Origin: a virus | Lineage: Duplodnaviria > Caudoviricetes | Reading direction: 5' to 3' (one strand) | Virus record (IMG/VR): IMGVR_UViG_3300010352_001034 | Length of the DNA: 64,000 nt | In this document: positions 50,222-59,339 of the stretch, piece after piece | How the letters are laid out: every line of letters begins with the position of its first letter | Numbering within the stretch: the stretch's first letter is position 1 | Program-made: the position numbers and the translations under genes | Notes under the pieces: model-generated | What the model saw: only the letters and a program-made list of their open reading frames with translations | Database searches by the model: none | Told to the model about the DNA's origin: nothing

Positions 50222-51484
50222 TTAGCAGCCCGTTAATATACCTTTTGTATTTACATTTGATGAAATTATTACTTTTGCATACTTGTCATTATGTTTTATA
50301 ATTGGCTGAATAGAAGATACATCTATATCTGCAAAATTCATCTTATAATAATCAACAAATGGTTCTATAACCTTTATTGTAATTATATTTGTATTAACAA
50401 CTGGACATTGTTCAATAATGTTATCGACAAAACAACTTACAAAATTACCAGGAATACTATATGTACTTATGGCAATACTTGGATTGATAATATTGTTTAT
50501 CAAAATCAATGGTTGTGCATTTATATTATTACAACAATATACTGATTGATTTAATATAGTAAAATTCATTTTTGGTATATCTACTGTTTTTATAGACATA
50601 CTTATAATAGGCGTACTAAATTCTGTTGAATAATTTATTGGTGTTGTATTTATATCTATTATATGTTTTGCAAAAATAGGATTTATTGTTATTGAAGCAG
50701 CTACTGCATTCGATGTTATTTTACCTATACTTACATTTGGAGTTATAATATCTTGTTTTATCTTTATTGGAGTTGGATTAGCATATATAGTTCCAATACA
50801 AATAGCTGGAGAAATTATTGAAATATTTTCATTTATAGCTATAGCATTGGTTGAAATACTTCCAAGTTTAATTGTTGGTTCTATTATATTGATTTTTATA
50901 TTTGATGGTTTAGTTGATATAAAATATGAACATGCTCCAAAAGTAGTTGTAGAAAAATTTGTATTAAAATTAATTGCAGGTGCATATGCAGATTGTTTAA
51001 TTGTTATATTTGATGATATTGTGCTTTGTAATGTTATTGCATTTGCACTAACACTTATATTATTTTGTATAACATGATTTCCAAATATAATGTTTAAATT
51101 TTTTGGTGTAGTAGATATATTTGTACTGGATATCGCTATACTTGGTGAAATAGGTTTTATATTAATAAATATTGGAGAAATATTTAATGCAATTTCTCCA
51201 ACTTTAATTATTGGAGTAACAATTGAACTTGATAAAGTAATTGGAGCTGCGTTTAATGATATTTCATTTTTTACAGTTGGAGATATAATGGTTATATTGC
51301 TATTTATAGGCGCAACTGAAATATTGCTTAATATAGATGGTAAACCCAGTTTTGTTTGAATTATTAATGGCGCTACATTTATAGAATTATTAACTGATGG
51401 TGTAGCAATTAAAATGTTTTCGTCAATTGTAGTTGGTGTTACTACAGATGAAGGAATATCTAATTGTCGTAATAACAATAACAC
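50222..51484 (-). CDS. Repetitive Ile/Pro/Ser/Thr-rich fibre-like structural protein
   Basis: 420 aa of about 20-residue degenerate repeats (A.PI......I..P.I). GTG start with GAGG RBS. Confidence 0.6.
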   Translation of the reverse strand: MLLLLRQLDIPSSVVTPTTIDENILIATPSVNNSINVAPLIIQTKLGLPSILSNISVAPINSNITIISPTVKNEISLNAAPITLSSSIVTPIIKVGEIALNISPIFINIKPISPSIAISSTNISTTPKNLNIIFGNHVIQNNISVSANAITLQSTISSNITIKQSAYAPAINFNTNFSTTTFGACSYFISTKPSNIKINIIEPTIKLGSISTNAIAINENISIISPAICIGTIYANPTPIKIKQDIITPNVSIGKITSNAVAASITINPIFAKHIIDINTTPINYSTEFSTPIISMSIKTVDIPKMNFTILNQSVYCCNNINAQPLILINNIINPSIAISTYSIPGNFVSCFVDNIIEQCPVVNTNIITIKVIEPFVDYYKMNFADIDVSSIQPIIKHNDKYAKVIISSNVNTKGILTGC

Positions 51485-51502
51485 AACTAATCACCTCTTA
51501 TT

Positions 51503-53044
51503 TTAACGTTGTGCCATGATATCAAAAAATTCTGTACCTGATGATCTTATTATTGTTGGAAAAGTAATTGAAGAATTATCTATTGTATCAAAATATGAAC
51601 AAAGTCCAAATTTACTACCAACTACAGCGGTACTTTGAGTATATCTCAAATAAGTCCACTCATTCATTTGTCTAGAAAATGCATTATAACGTTGAAAAAC
51701 TTGTGTTCCATCCTTGTTAATATAAGCAAATCTTCCTTTTCCAATTGTTGAAACACCATCATATATTAAAGAAGAACCAGTTGTAAAAGTTGGTCCAGAA
51801 CCATACGCAACAGCATTTTCCCAAGTATTTGTATGTAAATTTAATATACTTAATGTAGTTGCACCACCACCAGAAAATGTATGTATTGTTGTATATCTAA
51901 AATTTTTATCAGGATCGTTATTATATATAGATTTAGCTATTCCAAATGGTTGAAATGCCATCAATCCTGTTGCAACTGCTGCGCCTCTTGCTGTATATGT
52001 GTCTGTTGCCCAAGTATTTGCCTCTTGATTGTAACAATATACAGTTGAAGATGCACTTGTAAATAATACAATATCATTATTATTTTCTAATACACAAATA
52101 GCCCCAGCACTTGGAATTGTTGTCCAAGCAGCAATTGTTAAAATAACAGAAGAACCTGCTGTACTTGCTGTTATTTTTCTTCTTTGTCCAACTGATGTTG
52201 GATTTGTAGTATCTTGTATAATTCTAACTTGAAGCCCAACTAATTCGCTTGCAAGCATTGTTTGTGGACATGTTATTGTTAAAGATGTTGATGCTGAATC
52301 GGTTATAGCACATTGTTCAAAAAATCCAGTTGATATTTCTGCATCACAAGGAATATATGTTTCATCTAAACAAACTGCAACAGAATCAGTTCTAATAGAT
52401 GCTGGTAAATTTGTAATAGATAAATTACTAGAAAGGCTATTTGTTAATATATCAAAATATTTCCAACAGCCAGCTGCCATTGTACCTGCGCTTAGCATAT
52501 ATACACGCCCACTAAGAAATTCATAACTAGCGCCTAATGATGGAGTAAATGATAATGCAGAATCTAAATATAAAGTAGGCGTTGTTCCAGCACTATTAGA
52601 AACAATTAAACGTTCTTCTGTTTTTCCTGTTCCACCAACAACATTATCCATAATTCTAATTTTAAATCCACGACTATCACCACGTCCTGCTAATTGGTTT
52701 ACACCAACTGTTGCTGGTAATGCTGTTGATAATATTATTTTAGTTGTACTACATCCATCAGCAAGAGTTCCACGAGGACCACGACAAGGAGCCATAACTC
52801 CACATGCGCCAGCACCAAATGTTCCAGTTAAACCTGGATTAATACATAAAGACCAACCATCATTTTTCATATGATATTGATTCAATACAGAAGTTGAAAC
52901 CAATTGAAATAAAGTTGGATGTCTATCTTCAGAATTTCTTAAATCACTTATAATACAACTACCAGCGGCACTTGCATTCGGACTAACAGCAAGAATTCGC
53001 CATTCTGGTTTATCAATAACATCTCTGAAATTTAATAACGGCAT
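51503..53044 (-). CDS. Putative receptor-binding/decoration protein, paralog A (beta-propeller-like)
   Basis: 513 aa, colinear with the next gene. Repeated F..YD/YN....W blades. Confidence 0.6.
   Translation of the reverse strand: MPLLNFRDVIDKPEWRILAVSPNASAAGSCIISDLRNSEDRHPTLFQLVSTSVLNQYHMKNDGWSLCINPGLTGTFGAGACGVMAPCRGPRGTLADGCSTTKIILSTALPATVGVNQLAGRGDSRGFKIRIMDNVVGGTGKTEERLIVSNSAGTTPTLYLDSALSFTPSLGASYEFLSGRVYMLSAGTMAAGCWKYFDILTNSLSSNLSITNLPASIRTDSVAVCLDETYIPCDAEISTGFFEQCAITDSASTSLTITCPQTMLASELVGLQVRIIQDTTNPTSVGQRRKITASTAGSSVILTIAAWTTIPSAGAICVLENNNDIVLFTSASSTVYCYNQEANTWATDTYTARGAAVATGLMAFQPFGIAKSIYNNDPDKNFRYTTIHTFSGGGATTLSILNLHTNTWENAVAYGSGPTFTTGSSLIYDGVSTIGKGRFAYINKDGTQVFQRYNAFSRQMNEWTYLRYTQSTAVVGSKFGLCSYFDTIDNSSITFPTIIRSSGTEFFDIMAQR
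51813..51905. repeat. 93-bp exact direct repeat, copy 1 (copy 2 at 53367-53459)
   Basis: GCATTTTCCCAAGTATTTG...GTATATCTAAAATTT is identical in both paralogs, compared base by base. Confidence 0.9.
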
Positions 53045-53050
53045 TTTACC

Positions 53051-54604
53051 TTATCGTTGTGCTAATATTTGAAACATATCTGTTCTTGAATTTAAACACA
53101 ATGTTAGAAATCCATATTTAGACCCATCTGAACTATCTATATACGAGGCTAATGCCATCCTTGAACCAACTGTAGCAGTGCTTTGTGGATATCTTAATTG
53201 AGTCCATTCTTCTATAGTTCTAGCATGAGCATTGTATCTAAAGAATGCTGTTGTTGCATTTTGATTTATATAAGCAAATCTACCTGCATTATTTGTACTA
53301 ACTGCATCATATTCTAAACAAGAACCAGTATTAAAAGTATTTGCTGCACTTGTTTGATAAGCAACTGCATTTTCCCAAGTATTTGTATGTAAATTTAATA
53401 TACTTAATGTAGTTGCACCACCACCAGAAAATGTATGTATTGTTGTATATCTAAAATTTCTATCAGGGTCACTTATATAAACAGCTTTTGAAACTCCAAA
53501 TGGTTGAAATGCCATTAATCCAGCTCCAACAGCGGCACCTCTTGCTGCATAAGTTGCTGTTGCCCAAGTGTTTGCTTCTTGATCATAACAATATACGTTT
53601 GTGCTGCCAGATGAAAATAATACTAAATCATTATTATTTTCAATTACAACAACAGCGGTTGAACTTGGTTGAGTGGTCCAAGTTGGGACTGTTAAAGTAA
53701 CAGAAGTTCCAGCTGTGCTGGCTGTTATTTTTCTTCGTTGCCCAACTGCACCAACAGTACCTGTATCTTGAATTACTCGAACTTGAAATCCAACTAATTC
53801 ACTTGCAAGCATCGTTTGTGGACATGTTATTGTTATTGATGTCGTTGTTGATGCGCTTGCTGTACATTGTCCAAAAAATCCTGTACTAAAAGTTGCATCA
53901 CAAGGAATATATCCTTCATCTAATGCTACAAAACAAGAATCAGTTCCAACAGTTGCTGGTAAGTTTGTATTTGCCAAAGCTGTTGTATTTATAGTTTGTG
54001 TGGCTATATCAAAATATTTAAAAATACCAGCGGCATTTGTACCTGCATTTAACATATAAACTCTGCCACTTAATAATTCATAGTTAGCAGATGTTGTTGG
54101 TGTAAATGATAATGCTGAATCTAATGTGATTGTTGGTGTGTTTCCAGAAGTATTGGCTATAATATATTTTTCATCCATTTTGCCAATAGTTTTATCATAA
54201 ATTCTAATTTTATAACCAATATCATCTCCAGGTCGTTGTGCAAATTGATTAATTCCAATAGATGCAGAGTTTGGTAAAGCTGATAATGTCATTTTAGATG
54301 CAGAAGCTACAGCAGTAAGCGTTCCACGTGGACCACGACTAGGCATAACAATTGAACAAGCACCAGCACCAAATGTTCCAGCTAATCCAAGAGCATTATG
54401 AGCTAATGAAATACCATCATTTTTATAATTATATCTATATAAGTTAGCCGCTGATGTTAAATAAAAAATAATAGGAATTCTATCTTCACTATTTCTCATA
54501 TCAGAACAATTACACATGCCAACTGCATTTGTTACAGTTTGAACCGCCAATGGTTTCCATTCAGGTAGATCAAAAACGTCTTTAAATGTTGTAGTTGTTG
54601 TCAT
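53051..54604 (-). CDS. Putative receptor-binding/decoration protein, paralog B
   Basis: 517 aa. Shares DxRNSEDR, GTFGAGAC, LSGRVYML, ITCPQTMLASELVG and NFRYTTIHTFSGGGATTLSILNLHTNTWENAVAY with paralog A. Confidence 0.6.
   Translation of the reverse strand: MTTTTTFKDVFDLPEWKPLAVQTVTNAVGMCNCSDMRNSEDRIPIIFYLTSAANLYRYNYKNDGISLAHNALGLAGTFGAGACSIVMPSRGPRGTLTAVASASKMTLSALPNSASIGINQFAQRPGDDIGYKIRIYDKTIGKMDEKYIIANTSGNTPTITLDSALSFTPTTSANYELLSGRVYMLNAGTNAAGIFKYFDIATQTINTTALANTNLPATVGTDSCFVALDEGYIPCDATFSTGFFGQCTASASTTTSITITCPQTMLASELVGFQVRVIQDTGTVGAVGQRRKITASTAGTSVTLTVPTWTTQPSSTAVVVIENNNDLVLFSSGSTNVYCYDQEANTWATATYAARGAAVGAGLMAFQPFGVSKAVYISDPDRNFRYTTIHTFSGGGATTLSILNLHTNTWENAVAYQTSAANTFNTGSCLEYDAVSTNNAGRFAYINQNATTAFFRYNAHARTIEEWTQLRYPQSTATVGSRMALASYIDSSDGSKYGFLTLCLNSRTDMFQILAQR
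53367..53459. repeat. 93-bp exact direct repeat, copy 2
   Basis: Identical to 51813-51905. Confidence 0.9.
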
Positions 54605-55050
54605 GTAATCCTGCTTCTTACATTAAGATTCCAGTTATGACGTTCTAATGAATATAACATTGTTTGTCTTGCGTCATAACCTGCTAATTGGTTTAATGAT
54701 GTACAAGTAGTAACTGTTGATACTGTTGTTAATGTACCACTGTTAATGTCTGTTAAAGTACGTAAACGCCCACTTGTTGGATCGGCTGCTAAACTCAAAC
54801 TTCTAGACATTATATCTAAAGGTCTTTTTAAAACTTGTGCAACATCATGTAAAAATCCACGAATTACAACACCATATTCTGCTCCGGTAATAGTTGATGG
54901 TAATTCAACAGCTGCATGTCCATCAGGATTAGCTGGATCAGAAATATTAATACGTTGACGTTCAACAGTATTAGAACCTACAGTAATTTCTGATGTATCT
55001 ACTTTTTTACCAACACCATCAGTATTTAACTGAACTATACCATCATTCAT
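54601..55050 (-). CDS. Small fibre/adaptor structural protein
   Basis: 149 aa. N-terminal DGVGKKVD..VERQRINISDP and Thr-rich TLTTVSTVTT. ATGA overlap with paralog B. Confidence 0.55.
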   Translation of the reverse strand: MNDGIVQLNTDGVGKKVDTSEITVGSNTVERQRINISDPANPDGHAAVELPSTITGAEYGVVIRGFLHDVAQVLKRPLDIMSRSLSLAADPTSGRLRTLTDINSGTLTTVSTVTTCTSLNQLAGYDARQTMLYSLERHNWNLNVRSRIT

Positions 55051-55066
55051 TTAAACCTTTTAATTA

Positions 55067-55495
55067 TTATGCGATAGAGAAAATACGACCATTAGAAGAT
55101 TGACCATCCCATTTGATAGTAAAATCACCACCGTTTGTAACAGTGTCAGTTAAATCAATATAAGCTAGTAATGGCGAATCACCGTCAACTGTTCCTAATT
55201 TATATAATACCGCTCCACCAATTGTACCAGCACTAATAGCTGTCCAAGTTATATTATCGGCTTTATAATCAGCTCTATCATTTGCAGTATCTATAACAAT
55301 AGCTCGATTTGTAGTATCTTTTCTAAGATAACCAGTTCCAGTTATTTCATTAGTAACACTAGATAAATAAATATGAGCATCAACATCTGGTGTATATGTA
55401 GTTCCAACTAGAGCAATTCTATATGTTCCCGTAGTCCAATTGATTGTACCATCGCCTATAAGTTTTTTTGCATTATTATAAATTACACTAGCCAT
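55067..55495 (-). CDS. Small phage fibre/minor structural protein
   Basis: 142 aa. RIALV..YTPD.DAH..NEITGTGY.R, ADNITW, LLAYID and TNGGDFTIKW form a widespread phage minor structural family pattern. AGGAG RBS; first gene of the cluster. Confidence 0.7.
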   Translation of the reverse strand: MASVIYNNAKKLIGDGTINWTTGTYRIALVGTTYTPDVDAHIYLSSVTNEITGTGYLRKDTTNRAIVIDTANDRADYKADNITWTAISAGTIGGAVLYKLGTVDGDSPLLAYIDLTDTVTNGGDFTIKWDGQSSNGRIFSIA

Positions 55496-55636
55496 AAATC
55501 TCCTATGATAACTTGGATCAATTTAAATATTCTATTATTGATTTATTATTATGTTTACTGTTGGCTCTTTTGATAATAAATATATATCTATAGGAAGAAT
55601 ATTTTTTCTCTAACAATTTAGAGATATCAATACAGG

Positions 55637-56914
55637 GTGGTTTTTATGAATTTAGAAAAATTAGCAACAGATTCCACATTAGAATTTATAGCGCATGAAT
55701 TTGTTGCGTTAAAAAAATCAATGGATATGACTTGGTATGGTGATAGTATTGTTGATAATGAAGAAGCAATTTCGAAAAAATTACATGACACATATTCAAT
55801 TATTTCAAAATATCAAAAGGACATATTTCCAATTGTTTTAAGGAAATATGATCAAATAGCTGCGAGTATAATTGTTAGACTTAAATACGCAACAGGAGAT
55901 AATCATATAAGTCGAAATACGTTACCCAAAGCTTTGCGCGAGTATTCTAATCAGTTTAATCCTGATGAATTGGATTTCATATTAAAAATAACAGACAATA
56001 TTGTTCCTAATAATACTTTTATGATGCGTATGTCTGAGCACATTGAAAAAAGTTTAGCATCATTAACATTATTAAATGAATATGAAAATGTTATAAGTAA
56101 ATATAATGGTTTGTTTAAAAAAGCTCATAAGAAAATTGCTTTAGAGCTTCGAGATAAGGATCGAAAAGTAAATTTAAAGCGAGCTGAGATAGTTGAATTG
56201 CAAGATATTGAACGACTTTGGAGTATGAGAACTGATATGATTTGGTCCAATTTACGTGATGTAAAAGGTATGAAAGCTTCTATAGAGGCTTTACAAAGCA
56301 ATCAAACACTTCAGCAACAAGATAAACTTCGTTTAGATTGGATTAAACGAAACTTGGATCGTTTACAAAATTTACGACAAGCAGTTCGTGATTATATTAA
56401 AAGCGGCTCGGATGAAAAAGCATTTTTCCATGCCATTAAAAAAAGCAATGATGGTATTGGGTATGGATTTAAAAATGCTGAATCTAAAATTGGCTCTTGG
56501 GTAAGAGATATTGTTAGTTATCTACCAACATCACTTCGTAATAAATATATGTCAGAAGTTGAGCATTCTGGTATTGATGAAAGCCCTCTTAATAGTACAG
56601 TAAGTGGTATTCCTATCTTACAAGAAAATAAATTACTCAGCAAAGATAAGATGCCAGCGTTTTATCAGCAATTTTTTGATGAAGAAGAAAATGATAATGC
56701 CACCGAACCTGTTTCTTCTTTTGACCATGACAAAACTGATAATGATAAACCATCTAACAATGATTCTTCAGAATCTACTGTAACGGAAGAAAAATCTGAT
56801 AAACCAAAAGGCTTGTTTGACAAAATTAAAAGTTGGTTCAAACGAAGCAATGACCAAGATATCCTTGAAAGTTTCGTAAAAACAGCTGAACTTATCAAAC
56901 GTATTGATGGTTGA
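55637..56914 (+). CDS. Hypothetical helical protein with acidic low-complexity C-terminus (candidate internal head protein)
   Basis: 425-aa ORF; real start probably the MNLEKLA Met three codons in. Ends ILESFVKTAELIKRIDG. Confidence 0.65.
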   Translation: MVFMNLEKLATDSTLEFIAHEFVALKKSMDMTWYGDSIVDNEEAISKKLHDTYSIISKYQKDIFPIVLRKYDQIAASIIVRLKYATGDNHISRNTLPKALREYSNQFNPDELDFILKITDNIVPNNTFMMRMSEHIEKSLASLTLLNEYENVISKYNGLFKKAHKKIALELRDKDRKVNLKRAEIVELQDIERLWSMRTDMIWSNLRDVKGMKASIEALQSNQTLQQQDKLRLDWIKRNLDRLQNLRQAVRDYIKSGSDEKAFFHAIKKSNDGIGYGFKNAESKIGSWVRDIVSYLPTSLRNKYMSEVEHSGIDESPLNSTVSGIPILQENKLLSKDKMPAFYQQFFDEEENDNATEPVSSFDHDKTDNDKPSNNDSSESTVTEEKSDKPKGLFDKIKSWFKRSNDQDILESFVKTAELIKRIDG

Positions 56915-57522
56915 AAATTTTTCTTGACAACCCACCCCTTTACCATCATCATGTCATTATGATTCAATCCTACCATGACCATAAGGGATCATCGTCGTTT
57001 ATTGAAATCAATTATTTTCGTTTTGTGAAATCGGATAAAGAAAACGACAAACTTTTTTGCTCAAAGCGTAAAATCAATTCTCTGGTTTATCTTCCGTCCG
57101 AATCAAAAGTTTATGAAATTGAAAATTCGTTGAAAGAAATAGATAGGATTTTATCATTAGTATCAAGCAAATTGAATTATACATTTGATGATGAAAAATA
57201 TATTACAAAATATATAGATTCTCAATTGCGCATTATAAACAATTTTGAACTTGGAAAATCATTTCATTTTACAATTACAAATACCAATTTATCCAACAGC
57301 AAAGCACATAAGATATCTTTAAAAGAACTTTATAAGATATTGTTAAATGATGTTGGAATTGATAATATTGATGAATTTTCTACAGAAGATTTAATTCGTT
57401 ATCTTCAAGCTAAAAAAATAAAAAATCCATCTACTGAACTTCAAATGGCATCGGATATTCTTGGATTGATTCCAACCGTGCCTGTCAATGTTGCACTAGC
57501 TGCCATTTCATTTCTATCCTAA
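56911..57522 (+). CDS. Hypothetical protein
   Basis: 203-aa ORF. Start may be ATG 56959, just after TTGACA-N17-CATCAT (56924-56952). Confidence 0.55.
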   Translation: MKIFLDNPPLYHHHVIMIQSYHDHKGSSSFIEINYFRFVKSDKENDKLFCSKRKINSLVYLPSESKVYEIENSLKEIDRILSLVSSKLNYTFDDEKYITKYIDSQLRIINNFELGKSFHFTITNTNLSNSKAHKISLKELYKILLNDVGIDNIDEFSTEDLIRYLQAKKIKNPSTELQMASDILGLIPTVPVNVALAAISFLS

Positions 57523-57593
57523 TCTGTCGAGCAATCAAAAATCTTCATGCACTTTTTGTGATGCGTTAATCATCACGCATAGGAGATTTTAAC

Positions 57594-57872
57594 ATGTCCA
57601 AAAAACAAACTCTTCGCATTGTTGATCATTGTATGGCTCTTTTTGTGAAGAATCTAAACTCAGCTTTATATATTGGTGATATTTATAATTATATGCGAAA
57701 GCATAATTGGAAAACTGAAAGTGTAGAACCTTACGATGTGATTGCTGGTCGATTACGTCAAGATACGCGATTTACAAAGGTTGCTCCAAATACTTTTACA
57801 TTGAATAAGAATTTTTATTATGCTCGTGTGAATTTCCTTCGAAGGACTGGTCAATTTCAATTGCTCCCATGA
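57594..57872 (+). CDS. HARE-HTH (RNA polymerase delta-subunit N-terminal-like) winged-helix protein
   Basis: 92 aa. LYIGDIY..WKTESVEPYDVIAGRLRQDTRFTKVAPNTFTL matches the HARE-HTH pattern. Strong AGGAG RBS. Confidence 0.65.
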   Translation: MSKKQTLRIVDHCMALFVKNLNSALYIGDIYNYMRKHNWKTESVEPYDVIAGRLRQDTRFTKVAPNTFTLNKNFYYARVNFLRRTGQFQLLP

Positions 57873-58732
57873 AATCCGCATTTAGTACACATTCTTTGAT
57901 CTGAATCTAAAGAAATCTTCTCATAGCTCATATATCCACATTGAGGACATTCACTGTCTTCATCAATTTCTTTTCGTAATTGTTGTTTTGGAATGATATT
58001 TGGGTCTGTTTGTGGAACAGGTCTAGATATTGAATATGATTGATGAGGTTTATTAAAAACTGAAGCTGGTTCATATTGACTATATTGAGTCTGAGCATAA
58101 TTATTTAACCATTGTTTTATAGCTTCATCAGTTTGTTCATAATCAAGGTTAGTTAATGGTTTCTCTGTTTTCAATTGCCTAACTCTAGTGACCAACATAC
58201 GAGTATATTCTTGATGATGCCATCTTATTTCAGCGTCTATTGTAGCTGCTAATGTAGTGTGCTCATCTTTCAATTTTGAAAGTTCTTTAGCATCATCACT
58301 AACATCTCTTTTACCTTTATATTCATTGTATCTATTTAATAAAAAGAATATTTCATCATCTAATTTATTATAAGAGTCTTTTAGCTTTTGAATATTACCT
58401 TTACGCCATTTTAAATATTGTATAATAGCATCACTCTCATCTTCATTTCCTGCATATTTAGGCAAATCATATAAATTATATCGACTTTTCGATATTAATA
58501 TCGCTTTATCGATATTTTTACAAGATAGCACATATAATGAATGCATAATTGCATTTGCATATTCATTTAAAGGCAAATTAGCGTTAATGTTATTAAATAC
58601 ATTTAAACTGGCTTGTTTTATAAGTTTTTGTTTGTAATAAGTTGCAACTTTAAATATATTTTCCATACAAAAATAACTATTTATTGCCAAGTATGAATAA
58701 TCAAACATCAATCTAACCATTGAATTTTTCAT
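57857..58732 (-). CDS. Hypothetical coiled-coil protein with C-terminal Zn ribbon (candidate internal head protein)
   Basis: CPQCG..CTKCG at the C-terminus. Likely start MENIFKVA (about 58666). Confidence 0.65.
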   Translation of the reverse strand: MKNSMVRLMFDYSYLAINSYFCMENIFKVATYYKQKLIKQASLNVFNNINANLPLNEYANAIMHSLYVLSCKNIDKAILISKSRYNLYDLPKYAGNEDESDAIIQYLKWRKGNIQKLKDSYNKLDDEIFFLLNRYNEYKGKRDVSDDAKELSKLKDEHTTLAATIDAEIRWHHQEYTRMLVTRVRQLKTEKPLTNLDYEQTDEAIKQWLNNYAQTQYSQYEPASVFNKPHQSYSISRPVPQTDPNIIPKQQLRKEIDEDSECPQCGYMSYEKISLDSDQRMCTKCGFHGSN

Positions 58733-58740
58733 AAGGCGAG

Positions 58741-59106
58741 TTGATTAATGAACAATTAAGCAAGAAAAAATTTGATGAAAAAAAGTTTTGCACAACCATT
58801 ATATTAAAACGTGCAAAGTATGTATTTTTAAAATATGATAAGCATATCAATTCAAAAATACATTTATCAAATTATATTGTAAATTTTGATTGGAAAAATG
58901 GTTATTGGGCCGATTTAATTTTAACAAAATATAATAAAAAATTATATTATCGTGCATTTCGATTTAGAAATACCATATGCATATTTAATAAATCCAATAT
59001 ACAAAATAAACTATATTTGAATATCATTCAATTTGTATATTTAATGGTAACTGTAGTTGTGTATTTTTTAAACATATTGGGGAGCATATGGTTCAAGAAA
59101 CGATAA
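58741..59106 (+). CDS. Hypothetical basic protein with C-terminal hydrophobic segment
   Basis: 121-aa ORF filling the gap, TTG start, no recognisable motif. Confidence 0.4.
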   Translation: MINEQLSKKKFDEKKFCTTIILKRAKYVFLKYDKHINSKIHLSNYIVNFDWKNGYWADLILTKYNKKLYYRAFRFRNTICIFNKSNIQNKLYLNIIQFVYLMVTVVVYFLNILGSIWFKKR

Positions 59107-59318
59107 ATAATATAGTTATTTTCAATCTTTCAAAAAAACCAATGTTAGTTACTGATCTTGTTGATAGTAATCATATTAGAAAACATGTTTTGATATTGTT
59201 TACTAAGCTTCAAGAATTGGGATATGGTAAATATATAATTGGTTCTCGTGGCAAAGGAAATGCCGCAAAATTTCTTCCAAATAAATCGTGCCCTGTTATA
59301 TATATGCTAAACGTTTAG
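59088..59318 (+). CDS. Small putative winged-helix DNA-binding protein
   Basis: 76 aa with GGAG RBS. LFTKLQELGYGKYIIGSRGKGNAAKF resembles a helix-plus-wing. Confidence 0.5.
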   Translation: MVQETINNIVIFNLSKKPMLVTDLVDSNHIRKHVLILFTKLQELGYGKYIIGSRGKGNAAKFLPNKSCPVIYMLNV

Positions 59319-59339
59319 TTTGGCATAAGCAGGCTTAAT

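Noticed and set aside
15189-53051. Stop-codon read-through or recoding suggested by many in-frame adjacent genes
   Set aside because: About 10 of 27 minus-strand junctions are in frame, close to the one-third expected by chance. Downstream genes mostly have their own RBS, and long ORFs are intact in the standard code.
51503-54604. Diversity-generating retroelement (TR/VR pair) as the explanation for the repeats
   Set aside because: No reverse transcriptase in the window, both copies lie inside full-length paralogous genes, and the mismatches are not adenine-specific.
1948-54958. Numerous short plus-strand ORFs antisense to structural genes (e.g. 3537..3983, 13278..13751, 21053..21493, 49564..49908)
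   Set aside because: They are shadow ORFs fully overlapping long, motif-bearing minus-strand genes, with no RBS or recognisable motifs.
57557-57577. CRP-like site (TGTGA...TCACG)
   Set aside because: The half-sites are 11 nt apart rather than 6.
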